Counted from the first letter of the stretch, positions 9,129 through 17,132 are shown. The stretch: 32,000 nucleotides of DNA from Edaphobacter aggregans (GCF_003945235.1 NZ_RSDW01000001.1:480001-512000); one strand, 5' to 3'. The notes: a model not told the origin generated them from the letters alone. Made by a program: numbers and translations.

Positions 9129-9878
9129 TTATGCTGCAGTCCAGCCACCGTCGATCGGAATGACGGCACCATTAATGAACTCGGCTTCGGCCGAACAGAG
9201 ATAGCGGGCGAGAGAAGCAATGTCTTCCGGGGTTCCTAGACGGCCAATAGGTTGGCGGGCGACGAGTTCGGAACGGACTTTTTCTTTTTCGTGAGCGTGG
9301 TATTTGTCCAAATAGCCTTCGACGAAGGGAGTCTGCACGGTACCGGGAGCGACGCAGTTGATGCGGAGTTCTTTGGGGTAATCGACTGCTATCTGGCGGG
9401 TCATGGCCTGGACAGCTCCCTTGCTGGCGCAATAGGCGAAGCGCTGCTTGACTCCTACGGAGCCGGCGACTGATCCAATGTTGACGATACTGCCGCGCGA
9501 GGCGAGCAAGAGCGGGAATGCTGCCTGGGTAACGAGGAAGATGCTGTTCACGTTTACGCGCATGACGCGGCTGAAGTCTTCCTCAGAGGTGCGGGTGATG
9601 TCGCCAACCAAGCCAACGCCGGCGCAGTTGACGAGGATATCGAGCGTGGGAATGTCTTTGAAAGCTGTGGCGATGGAGCTTGAATCGGTGACATCCATAG
9701 CGACGGCCTTGGCGTTGGGAAGTTCCGCGGCAAGCGATTGTGCCGCGGCCAGGTTTAGATCGGCGATGAGGACGTGGGCTCCGGCACGGGAGAATTCGCG
9801 GACGGTGGCTGCCCCGATGCCGCTAGCGCCTCCGGTGATAAGTGCGATCTTGTTTTCCAGGTGAAAGGCATTAGTCAT
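9129..9878 (-). CDS. Short-chain dehydrogenase/reductase. By context, a likely 2-keto-3-deoxy-L-fuconate dehydrogenase.
   Basis: The start is trimmed to the ATG at 9878 (MTNAFHLENKIALITGGASGIG). It has the TGxxxGIG Rossmann motif and the YCASK catalytic YxxxK. The 65-aa upstream extension in the ORF track does not look like coding sequence. Confidence 0.85.
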   Translation of the reverse strand: MTNAFHLENKIALITGGASGIGAATVREFSRAGAHVLIADLNLAAAQSLAAELPNAKAVAMDVTDSSSIATAFKDIPTLDILVNCAGVGLVGDITRTSEEDFSRVMRVNVNSIFLVTQAAFPLLLASRGSIVNIGSVAGSVGVKQRFAYCASKGAVQAMTRQIAVDYPKELRINCVAPGTVQTPFVEGYLDKYHAHEKEKVRSELVARQPIGRLGTPEDIASLARYLCSAEAEFINGAVIPIDGGWTAA

Positions 9879-10071
9879 GGTTGAAATATCCGGTACATGG
9901 AAAGGATACCGCGTTTGAATGGGGAGATTGAAAAGATAATCTGTGTGCCGTGAGGGGGCGGCGCCTTCGGCAACCGAGACGAGTCGCTTTGTGACGTTCG
10001 ATGGTACTCTTCGATTGAACTTTGTGCGGCTCACCGCGCGGAGGTATACACAACACGAATGCGGAGGAAAC

Positions 10072-10410
10072 ATGCCACGCCATTGTCTAACGCTGGACTT
10101 GAAGGATGATGCAACAGCGATTGCCGAGTATAAGCGATATCACGTAAAGATCTGGCCGGAGGTCAAGCAGAGCCTGCTGGACGCTGGCGTCGTAGAGATG
10201 GAGATCTATCTTCTTGGTACGCGCATGTTCATGATCATGGATGTTAATGACAAATTCTCGCTATCAGCGAAGGCCGCTGCAGACGCTGCAAACACCAAGG
10301 TACAGGAGTGGGAGGCGATTATGGGCGGGTTCCAGCAGCCCTTGCCACAGTCCAGGCCCGGTCAAAGATGGGTCGCGATGGAGAGGGTGTTCAGCCTAGC
10401 GGAACAATAG
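10072..10410 (+). CDS. L-rhamnose/L-fucose mutarotase family protein (RhaM-like, DUF718)
   Basis: The start is trimmed to the ATG at 10072, preceded by GGAGGA at 10064-10069. The 112-aa product is the typical size, with YKRYHVKIWPEV and a conserved C-terminal W..ME.VF. Confidence 0.8.
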   Translation: MPRHCLTLDLKDDATAIAEYKRYHVKIWPEVKQSLLDAGVVEMEIYLLGTRMFMIMDVNDKFSLSAKAAADAANTKVQEWEAIMGGFQQPLPQSRPGQRWVAMERVFSLAEQ

Positions 10411-10477
10411 GTCCAGCGAAATTGAACAGCGCAGAAGCGCCAGTCAACATAAGGGTTAGAGAATTTTGCCGGAGAAA

Positions 10478-10516
10478 GCAAAAGGCCTCGGTGCTGTTCG
10501 CGCCGAGGCCTTTTGC
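10478..10516. terminator. Bidirectional rho-independent terminator between convergent genes
   Basis: The stem is gcaaaaggcctcgg / ccgaggccttttgc with an 11-nt loop. It is flanked by an A-run and a T-run. Confidence 0.7.
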
Positions 10517-10533
10517 GGTGAGAGTGTTGCAAT

Positions 10534-12681
10534 TTAGGGGACGGTCTGGAAACGGGTGTTTGACAGACCAAGGGCGTAGGGTTGGTAGATCGGAACTCCA
10601 GTACCAACGATCTCCGTGACAAAATTGGACGGGTTGCCCGATGTGCCGTCTCCCGCGATCCATACGTTGCCAGATTGATCGATGATGATAGAGCGCCCAC
10701 CCGAGAAGCTGGAGGACTGTTGGAGGCCACCATTGGTCGTGCCGTTCGGGGTTAGACTAACTCCGAAGATGCTTATCTCGCTGATGGTATCCATGCCGCT
10801 AACAGAGTCATTCGAATTGTTAGCTGTCCAGACATTCTGTGCACCATCCAGTACGACAGATTCAGGAGTGTTGATGCCGCCCAGGCCGGCCGCAGTCGGC
10901 CATCCCGGGGTGGTTGCATAAGACACGCCCGATCCGGTGAGGTACGACAGTGCGCTGCTAGTTCCGTTCGACGAGACGAAAACGCCGTTGCTTTGAGTCA
11001 CGGCAATCCCGTAGGTGCTGTCGAGGGTATTGAAGGCAGTCGTGGAGAAACCATTTAGATAGTTCGGATCCCCTACATTGCCGGTTGTGACCCGCGAGAC
11101 GAAGTTACTTCCCGAAGACGCCCAGATGGATCCAGTCTTGTCGGCCATGAGGCTGATGGGAAGCGGCCCCAGGACGGAAGAGATCTGAACTGGTGCTACG
11201 ACGGCAGTTGCAGTCGCAGCAGCTGGGATTTCATACAGTGAGGTATCCGCGACCGTTGAGAAGTAGACGTTGCCCGAACCATCAGCTGCTACCGCTAGCG
11301 GAGTCTGTGTGGTGGGAAAGGCCAGAAGCGCCTGTGGCACGCCCGGGGTCGTGCCAGGACTGTAACGATAGATATTGTTCGAGTCAGTGCTAGCGTACCA
11401 GACATTACCAAGTGTATCGATCGCAGCGCCGCGGGATGCCCCAAGAGGAAGGCAAGTGGTTGGAACGCCACTGGCAGATATCTCAGTGAGATTGCCCGTA
11501 CCGGCCTGACCGTTAGACATCCAAACGTTTCCGTTGACATCGATACTCAAGGCCTGAGGTTTGTAGATGAAGTTGCCGTTATTGGTTCCGCAGGTGCTGT
11601 TGCTGCTGTAGGTAATAGAAATGGTCCAATCGGTCGGTGCCGTGGACAGGGTTGGTTGATAAGGCGCACCTAATGCGGGGGAAAGGCTGAAGAGATTCTG
11701 CAGGTTGGTCGTGCCGCCATTGGTCGGATTGGTCAGCATGTAGTAAACAGCCTGAAGAACGTCCGTAGCTGGAGCAAAGGCAGGGGCGTGATAGGGCCTT
11801 GAGGTCGTAGAGACGTTGGGAGGCGTGGCGTTGGCAAAGAGGGTGGTGCAAGCAGACGCACTCGCAGCGGCATTGTTGACGCAGGCAGAGATGATGTTCG
11901 CCAACTGGTTGATCTTTGCGGTATCTGGTGTCGCAGTAACGGTGACTGCCGTGGCTCCATTACCGAAATACGCAGATTGACTGGATATCTGCGAAGCAGA
12001 CCGTGCAGTTCCAGTGGCGAGATTGACCAAGTTAGAGATTGTGGCAATCGAGTTGACAAGAGCCTGCTTGGAAGCCGCGATGCCATCGGCACCGATGCTC
12101 TCAGTCCCTGGATTGAAATACTGTTGGAGAGCAGCCATCGTGGCCACGGTGGTGACCTCGGATAGATCGATAAAGCTGGAGTTCGCGATCTGATTGCAGA
12201 GACCGTAAACCCCTATAAATACGGATGCAGCGTTATTGACGCTGGAATCTTGCGTATTGAGCGTGTTGCCGCCACGTGCAACGACGTAAACGATTGGATT
12301 ATTTACCGGGCAAGAGAACGTATTGCCCGTGGTCGTTTCCCCATTGATCGGATCCTGGATGAAGCTGAAGGAGCCAGTACCATCGTTTGCGCTGGTTGTG
12401 GTCGCAGCAAGGATGGGGGCTCCCAGACCGGGACCAGCGGATGGATCGCCGGAACCCATACCGGTTTGACCGGCGTAGTAGAGGTTGACGACAGCACCAC
12501 CCACAGGCTGGTTGCCGCCATGCACCCTGCCGCCAATGGCAGCAGCGACGTCAAGCGAGTTCGAAGAGGTTGCCGTTGTCGCCATATTCGCGCAGCCGGC
12601 CATAAAGACGGCACTCGATGCAAGCAAAGCGAGCAACTTTCGCTTTGAGCCCGTTAGACGGGTGAAGTAATTGCAGTTCAT
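10534..12681 (-). CDS. Lipoprotein with a CarboxypepD_reg-like N-domain, an Ala/Ser/Thr-rich middle region and a C-terminal NHL/SMP-30-like beta-propeller
   Basis: The start is trimmed to the ATG at 12681 (GGAGGG upstream). The lipobox is VFMAGC. GGRVHGGNQPVGGAVVNLY is a Cna/CarboxypepD_reg-type strand. Blade motifs recur: GNVWMSN, GNVWYAS, GNVYFST, GSIWASS, QNVWTAN, GNVWIAG. Confidence 0.8.
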   Translation of the reverse strand: MNCNYFTRLTGSKRKLLALLASSAVFMAGCANMATTATSSNSLDVAAAIGGRVHGGNQPVGGAVVNLYYAGQTGMGSGDPSAGPGLGAPILAATTTSANDGTGSFSFIQDPINGETTTGNTFSCPVNNPIVYVVARGGNTLNTQDSSVNNAASVFIGVYGLCNQIANSSFIDLSEVTTVATMAALQQYFNPGTESIGADGIAASKQALVNSIATISNLVNLATGTARSASQISSQSAYFGNGATAVTVTATPDTAKINQLANIISACVNNAAASASACTTLFANATPPNVSTTSRPYHAPAFAPATDVLQAVYYMLTNPTNGGTTNLQNLFSLSPALGAPYQPTLSTAPTDWTISITYSSNSTCGTNNGNFIYKPQALSIDVNGNVWMSNGQAGTGNLTEISASGVPTTCLPLGASRGAAIDTLGNVWYASTDSNNIYRYSPGTTPGVPQALLAFPTTQTPLAVAADGSGNVYFSTVADTSLYEIPAAATATAVVAPVQISSVLGPLPISLMADKTGSIWASSGSNFVSRVTTGNVGDPNYLNGFSTTAFNTLDSTYGIAVTQSNGVFVSSNGTSSALSYLTGSGVSYATTPGWPTAAGLGGINTPESVVLDGAQNVWTANNSNDSVSGMDTISEISIFGVSLTPNGTTNGGLQQSSSFSGGRSIIIDQSGNVWIAGDGTSGNPSNFVTEIVGTGVPIYQPYALGLSNTRFQTVP

Positions 12682-13227
12682 GGGTAATCCCTCCGAAGGG
12701 TAGTGATGCGGTTTTCGTGACAGTCTGGTGAGTGAGTAATGGAGCATGAAGGAAATCAGAGGACAGGCGCAGAAGGTGGACCGTTGCTGGCATGGGGAGA
12801 AAAGTTCAGAAGAACTGCCCTGAACGACAAAATGGTAATGTCGCGAATGGCAGATTCGCAGGGGGAGGAGAAGTCGAACAATGAGAAGTTATTCATCATG
12901 TCTTGGAGGAGCATACCCGACGTTGGTGCTTTCGGATCGCAAATACTCCTGCCACTTTTGGGTGATAACTGTAGTAAGGAGACTAGAAATCGACGTGCAA
13001 ACGAGTCGTGAGCTGAAGGCTTCTTCGTGCAAGCACGCGTTCGTTGCATCGTTTCAATTGAAGATAAGTGGCAAGTGTAAGAAGAAGCTCAGAAAGCTTC
13101 GCGCTGATAAGGTCCGAGCAATAAAAATCCAAGGCAGGCGAGCTTTGCATACAACTCTGCGAGCGCAACTGGACTCTATGCGGAGTATAGTGCTAACACA
13201 GATTTTGCAGTCTTCGGGAGACGATCT

Positions 13228-14055
13228 ATGCGCGTGAAGTCAGTGTCCTTTGCAACGGTCCTCGCTTTGTCTACGGTCCTAGTGATTAGCGGATGCAAGA
13301 ACTCAACGCCAGCGTCAGATACGACGGCACAACAACCTGCCAGTCAGCCAGCGAGTCAGCCTGCAACTGAACCAGCTCCGACTCCGGCGGCAACTCCTAC
13401 AGCTCCGGCAGCTGCTCCAGCAGTTGCTCCAGCCCCAGCTCCTGCTCCGACGCCTGCGCCTGCTCCTGTGGCACAAGCGGCACCTGCTCCAGTCCCCGCC
13501 CCTGAACCTGTAGCTCCTGCTCCTCCACCACCGCCTAAGAAGTTGACGGTTCCGTCGGGAACAGCGATACCGGTCACAATCACCCAGCAATTGAGCGCGA
13601 AAAGTGCAAATGTTGGTGACAGCTTCTCTGGCGAGCTGGCGGGACCGGTGAAGACGGCCGGCGGGGCTACCGTTTTCCCGCGCGGTGCGCATGTACTCGG
13701 GACCGTGGTAGGAGCTAAGGGGCGTGGACGGTTCAAAGGAGCGGGCGATCTGGCCATTCAGATAACGTCCATCAGCGGAACACCAGTTAGCGTGGGCATC
13801 TATGAGAAAGAAGAAAAAGGTAAAGGTAAGCGGACGGCCGCCATGGTCGGCGGTGGCGGTGGCGGTGGCGCGCTGATCGGTGGCCTGGCTGGCGGCGGAA
13901 AGGGCGCGTTGATCGGCGGTCTTGTCGGCGCGGGCGCCGGCACTGCAGCATCCGCGTTTACCGGGAACAAGGATATTGTGATTCCGGCGGAATCCGTTGT
14001 TAACTTCACCCTGACGGCACCGGTTACGATTACGGTCAAGCCTAAAGAGCAATAG
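13228..14055 (+). CDS. Lipoprotein with a Pro/Ala-rich linker, a beta-barrel-like domain and an embedded glycine zipper
   Basis: 275 aa. The lipobox is LVISGC. An approximately 80-aa P/A linker is followed by the core LTVPSGTAIPVTITQQLSAKSANVGDSF...VFPRGAHVLGTVV, the zipper GGGGGGGALIGGLAGGGKGALIGGLVGAGAG, and the final strand IVIPAESVVNFTL. Confidence 0.8.
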   Translation: MRVKSVSFATVLALSTVLVISGCKNSTPASDTTAQQPASQPASQPATEPAPTPAATPTAPAAAPAVAPAPAPAPTPAPAPVAQAAPAPVPAPEPVAPAPPPPPKKLTVPSGTAIPVTITQQLSAKSANVGDSFSGELAGPVKTAGGATVFPRGAHVLGTVVGAKGRGRFKGAGDLAIQITSISGTPVSVGIYEKEEKGKGKRTAAMVGGGGGGGALIGGLAGGGKGALIGGLVGAGAGTAASAFTGNKDIVIPAESVVNFTLTAPVTITVKPKEQ

Positions 14056-14075
14056 CTTGTGCAGAATATTGCCAG

Positions 14076-14110
14076 AGGCACCTGTTCTCCACGGACAGGT
14101 GCCTTTTGTT
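14076..14110 (+). terminator. Rho-independent terminator
   Basis: The stem is aggcacctgt / acaggtgcct with an 8-nt loop, followed by tttgtt. Confidence 0.7.
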
Positions 14111-14156
14111 ATGCGGCCTGCATAGTGCTTAGACGTGTTGACGGTAGACTGGAGCT

Positions 14157-14768
14157 ATGCGGCTGAACCCTGTATTTCTGTTGTCGGCGACCGATGTCTC
14201 GCACTTCCCTTCTGAAGCCAAGACTTATGGAGCGCCGGAGGTAGCGTTTCTTGGGCGCTCGAATGTGGGCAAGTCTTCTCTAATAAATTCGTTACTGGGC
14301 TCGAAGCAGGCGCATACGTCGTCTACTCCGGGGCGGACGCGGGCAATCAACTTCTTTGCGCTGCATGAGGGTGCAGGGGCGAAGATGAAGGTCAAGCCGA
14401 CGCTGATCTTCGCGGATCTGCCGGGGTATGGGTACGCGAAGATATCGAAGTCGATCTCGGCGGAGTGGCCGCAGTTTATCGAGCCCTATATCGCTGACCG
14501 GGAGACGTTGGCTCTGTGTGTCTGCCTGGTGGATACGAACATTCCTCCGCAGGCTAACGATCATCAGTTGATTACTTATCTGAAGCAGACGCAGCGGCCT
14601 TTCCTGGTCGTCGGGACGAAGGCTGATCGACTCTCAAATAACGTGCTGGCGAAGAACATGGCGGCACTCAAGCGGGAGCATGAGATCGACGAAATCCTAC
14701 CGGTGTCGGCTAAGACAGACTCGGGAACGAAGGCCCTTTGGCAGCGGTTGATGGCTGTCGCGGAATAG
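14157..14768 (+). CDS. engB: Ribosome biogenesis GTP-binding protein YsxC/EngB
   Basis: 203 aa. It has G1 GRSNVGKSS, G3 DLPGYG and G4 TKADR, and the EngB-specific N-terminal region. Confidence 0.9.
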   Translation: MRLNPVFLLSATDVSHFPSEAKTYGAPEVAFLGRSNVGKSSLINSLLGSKQAHTSSTPGRTRAINFFALHEGAGAKMKVKPTLIFADLPGYGYAKISKSISAEWPQFIEPYIADRETLALCVCLVDTNIPPQANDHQLITYLKQTQRPFLVVGTKADRLSNNVLAKNMAALKREHEIDEILPVSAKTDSGTKALWQRLMAVAE

Positions 14769-14854
14769 GTACCCCATCTCCCATACTTATTTGCGCAAAG
14801 TCCAACAAACATGAGACTTAGGTCCAGACTTCCGGCTTAATGTTCGATAAAGTG

Positions 14855-14888
14855 AAAAGCCTCCGTTGATCTTCGGAGGCTTTTTTGT
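14855..14888. terminator. Strong rho-independent terminator between convergent genes
   Basis: The sequence aaaagcctccg-ttgatctt-cggaggctttttt forms a 9-11 bp GC-rich stem with a T6 run. An A-run on the other side allows function in both directions. Confidence 0.8.
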
Positions 14889-14955
14889 TCTGGTTCTATT
14901 TTAACGAATAGGCTCGAATTAATATGCACTCATTATCTTATTTGTATTCATAGGT

Positions 14956-15714
14956 TTATGCCACAGCGGGGCTTGACAAGATTTCATGGAATTCGGATTC
15001 AGTGAGCCAGAGGGAGCGTTGGGGAGGGCGCTGGCGCTGGAGGATACGAGGGGCGGCTTCGAGCCAGCGGCTGCGGAGGGCGTCGTCGGGGGCGAGGAGA
15101 GCGAGGGCACGGGCGTCGAAGGTGCGGAGGGCGGTGGGGCTGTCGAATGGAAAGGTTTGGAGGGTCCATTGGCGCTCGGCCAGAAGCGGCGTTAGTAGTT
15201 TGTCGCTCGGAGTGAAAGGGGTGGTGGGTTCCCTGTTACTGAAGGCGATCAGGGAGGCACCTTTGGATTGGAATTGATGGACGGCGTAAGTGAGGGTGCT
15301 GGTCTGTTCGGGCGTGAGGGTGGATGGCGGCAGGAAGGTTGAAAAGAGTTGTGGGATTAGGCCGCGGCCGAGGATCTCATTGAGAGCGAGGAAGGGGTCG
15401 GCGTTCAGGGCTACGGAGAGCGGGGTGTGTTTACGGACCTCGTTCTTCATGACGCGGATGGCTTCGTCAAGGGTGGTGACGACGAAGTCGCAGGCTCCGG
15501 TGCGGACGACCTCGCGGAGATGGACAGGGTTGTTGTCAATGGCGAGGGAAACGGCTCCGGCAATATTGGCAGCTATGGAGAGCGCTGCTCCGTGAGGATC
15601 AAGACCGAGGGAAAGGATCAGGGAGCCTCCCCAAATTGGGCGCAGTTGGTGGAGGGTGGTAAAAGTACGAAGGATTTGGGGTTGGGTCTGGTCGGGATTG
15701 GGTGATGGTGTCAT
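14956..15714 (-). CDS. Hypothetical protein whose N-terminal half resembles the Rossmann (NAD-binding) domain of urocanate hydratase, with a degenerate glycine motif
   Basis: A 252-aa ORF spans the whole interval, and the opposite-strand ORFs are typical shadow frames. The segment FTTLHQLRPIWGGSLILSLGLDPHGAALSIAANIAGAVSLAI...TTLDEAIRVMKNEVRKHTPLSVALNADP...LGRGLIP aligns by eye to the HutU block F..L.....FGGSL...LTAGLGGMGGAQPL....G.V.IAVE...IDEAL......GKPLSIALLGNAAE...L..RGV. Confidence 0.6.
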   Translation of the reverse strand: MTPSPNPDQTQPQILRTFTTLHQLRPIWGGSLILSLGLDPHGAALSIAANIAGAVSLAIDNNPVHLREVVRTGACDFVVTTLDEAIRVMKNEVRKHTPLSVALNADPFLALNEILGRGLIPQLFSTFLPPSTLTPEQTSTLTYAVHQFQSKGASLIAFSNREPTTPFTPSDKLLTPLLAERQWTLQTFPFDSPTALRTFDARALALLAPDDALRSRWLEAAPRILQRQRPPQRSLWLTESEFHEILSSPAVA

Positions 15715-15892
15715 TCGTAGAGAATCGTATCGTCGTCATGGCGGGTTGGTGGCCCACCTAGCAGGTATCTTTCGATCCTAAATTGAACACGACCGTGAAG
15801 ACATTGTTCGCAGCCGCCTTCTGAGTTTGAATCGCTGAATATCCACGCAGCATTTGCACGGAGAGGATAAAGGCGTGGGGAATTCAGGTGGA

Positions 15893-16339
15893 TCAGTGTT
15901 TGGTTTCGACCTTGGTTAGTTGGGTAGCGACAGAGACCCAGCGGCCGTCCCGATTTTCCCAGACATCCAGCCAATTGTAGGTTCCGCTGTTGACTTTACC
16001 TTTGTAAGAGCTGATTTCATCATCTGAGCCTTGCACGAACGCTACGTTGCCGAGCACGCGGACGTGAACGTCGTGGAGTTTGAAACTGGTGACGACGAGC
16101 GCTCCGGATTTCACATCGTTGATGAACCCGGCTTTGGTGCCGATCGTGCCGCTGTCATTTTGTATTGTCCAGTCGTCCGCCACCAGGTTCGACAGGGTAG
16201 CAATATTTTTGTCGATCATCGCTTGCCCTAAGGAGGCTTCAAAGTCGGTGATCTTCTTCTCTGTCGCCGGGACGTCTTTTGCCGCTGCCGCACAAGTGAG
16301 CAGAACACTTGCTGCGATTATCGAGACGACTCGTTTCAT
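15893..16339 (-). CDS. Secreted NTF2-like/DUF4440 (SnoaL-fold) protein
   Basis: 148 aa with a signal peptide (IIAASVLLTCAAAAKD). The C-terminal W..VWENRDGRWVSVATQLT fits the DUF4440 pattern. GGAGG lies upstream of the ATG. Confidence 0.8.
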   Translation of the reverse strand: MKRVVSIIAASVLLTCAAAAKDVPATEKKITDFEASLGQAMIDKNIATLSNLVADDWTIQNDSGTIGTKAGFINDVKSGALVVTSFKLHDVHVRVLGNVAFVQGSDDEISSYKGKVNSGTYNWLDVWENRDGRWVSVATQLTKVETKH

Positions 16340-16382
16340 AGGTGTTCCTCCTTTTTATTTGACAGCTGAATTGCGGATAGCT

Positions 16383-16997
16383 TCATTTGCCGTGCTGTTG
16401 CTGGTAGTAGCGACGCGCTTTCGCCCTGTTGCCGCAGTCCTTCATGTCGCACCAACGTCTCCGTTTGCCGCGGCTTTCATCGATGAAGAGCCACCCGCAA
16501 TGGCCACCTTCGCAGATGCCGAGACGCGAAGATCGTGGAGAACAGAAGAGAGACAGCGCCTCGGTGGCGAGGATGGCGCGTAGCTGCTGCGCGGCGCGCG
16601 ATGAATCAGGGCGCCAGCGGAGTCCATCGACGCCTGCGAGGACTGGTGGCTTTGGCGCTTTTGCCTGTTTGCGAATGACGAGGAGATCGCGTTGAGGTAT
16701 CGGGGTTCCCCGGGAGATTGCGAGTCCGACGCGGTAGATTGCTTCGCGAAGCTGCACAACCTTTGCGATCGGCGAAGGGTGGCGCAGCAGTTCAGGATAG
16801 ATTTCAGGTCCGATCAGTCCGATCTGGGCCGACCACCGGACAAATGATTCCCACTCGAGAAACATTTCGTCGGGCCTGGGGGCAAGATGCTCGCCGGTGG
16901 TATTGCAGAAATCGAGCGCGAGATGGCCACCAATCTGCGAGGCAATAGGCCTTGCTAGTGCGGTTCTTGCGGCGATATCGTCCCGGCGATTGCGCAC
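16383..16997 (-). CDS. CGNR zinc-finger protein (ABATE N-domain plus zf-CGNR), a putative stress-related regulator
   Basis: 204 aa with a GTG start. The C-terminal sequence is CEGGHCGWLFIDESRGKRRRWCDMKDCGNRAKARRYY, carrying the eponymous CGNR motif. Confidence 0.85.
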   Translation of the reverse strand: MRNRRDDIAARTALARPIASQIGGHLALDFCNTTGEHLAPRPDEMFLEWESFVRWSAQIGLIGPEIYPELLRHPSPIAKVVQLREAIYRVGLAISRGTPIPQRDLLVIRKQAKAPKPPVLAGVDGLRWRPDSSRAAQQLRAILATEALSLFCSPRSSRLGICEGGHCGWLFIDESRGKRRRWCDMKDCGNRAKARRYYQQQHGK

Positions 16998-17132
16998 AGG
17001 CTTTTCTCCTGTTTTCGTTTAATACTACATAACCGGTTAGATAGTAAATATAAAAATCATCTCGTCCGTTCGACAGACATGTTGCGTGTAATAATCGGTA
17101 TCGTCTCGCTTAGAGGGGATCTCATCGAATCT

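Noticed and set aside
9879-10073. A 65-aa N-terminal extension of the SDR ORF, and the 43-aa extension (9943-10071) of the mutarotase ORF
   Set aside because: The extensions overlap each other in the divergent promoter region and lack coding character. Internal ATGs give canonical N-termini (a Rossmann motif at the correct distance; an SD before 10072).
12845-12862. A sigma-54-like TGGCAG...GCA element
   Set aside because: The spacing between the GG and GC elements is about 3 nt too short for the TGGCAC-N5-TTGC consensus, and the same bases form a simple 6-bp hairpin.
12881-13237. A 118-aa ORF with a good SD-like GGGGGAGGAG in the long spacer, plus ORFs 12739-13011 (+) and 12756-13049 (-)
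   Set aside because: They use codons that are rare elsewhere in the window (AGA, AGT, ATA, CTA, AGG). The products are Cys/Lys/Arg-rich with no motif, and the first ORF overlaps the start of the next gene. They are more likely non-coding.
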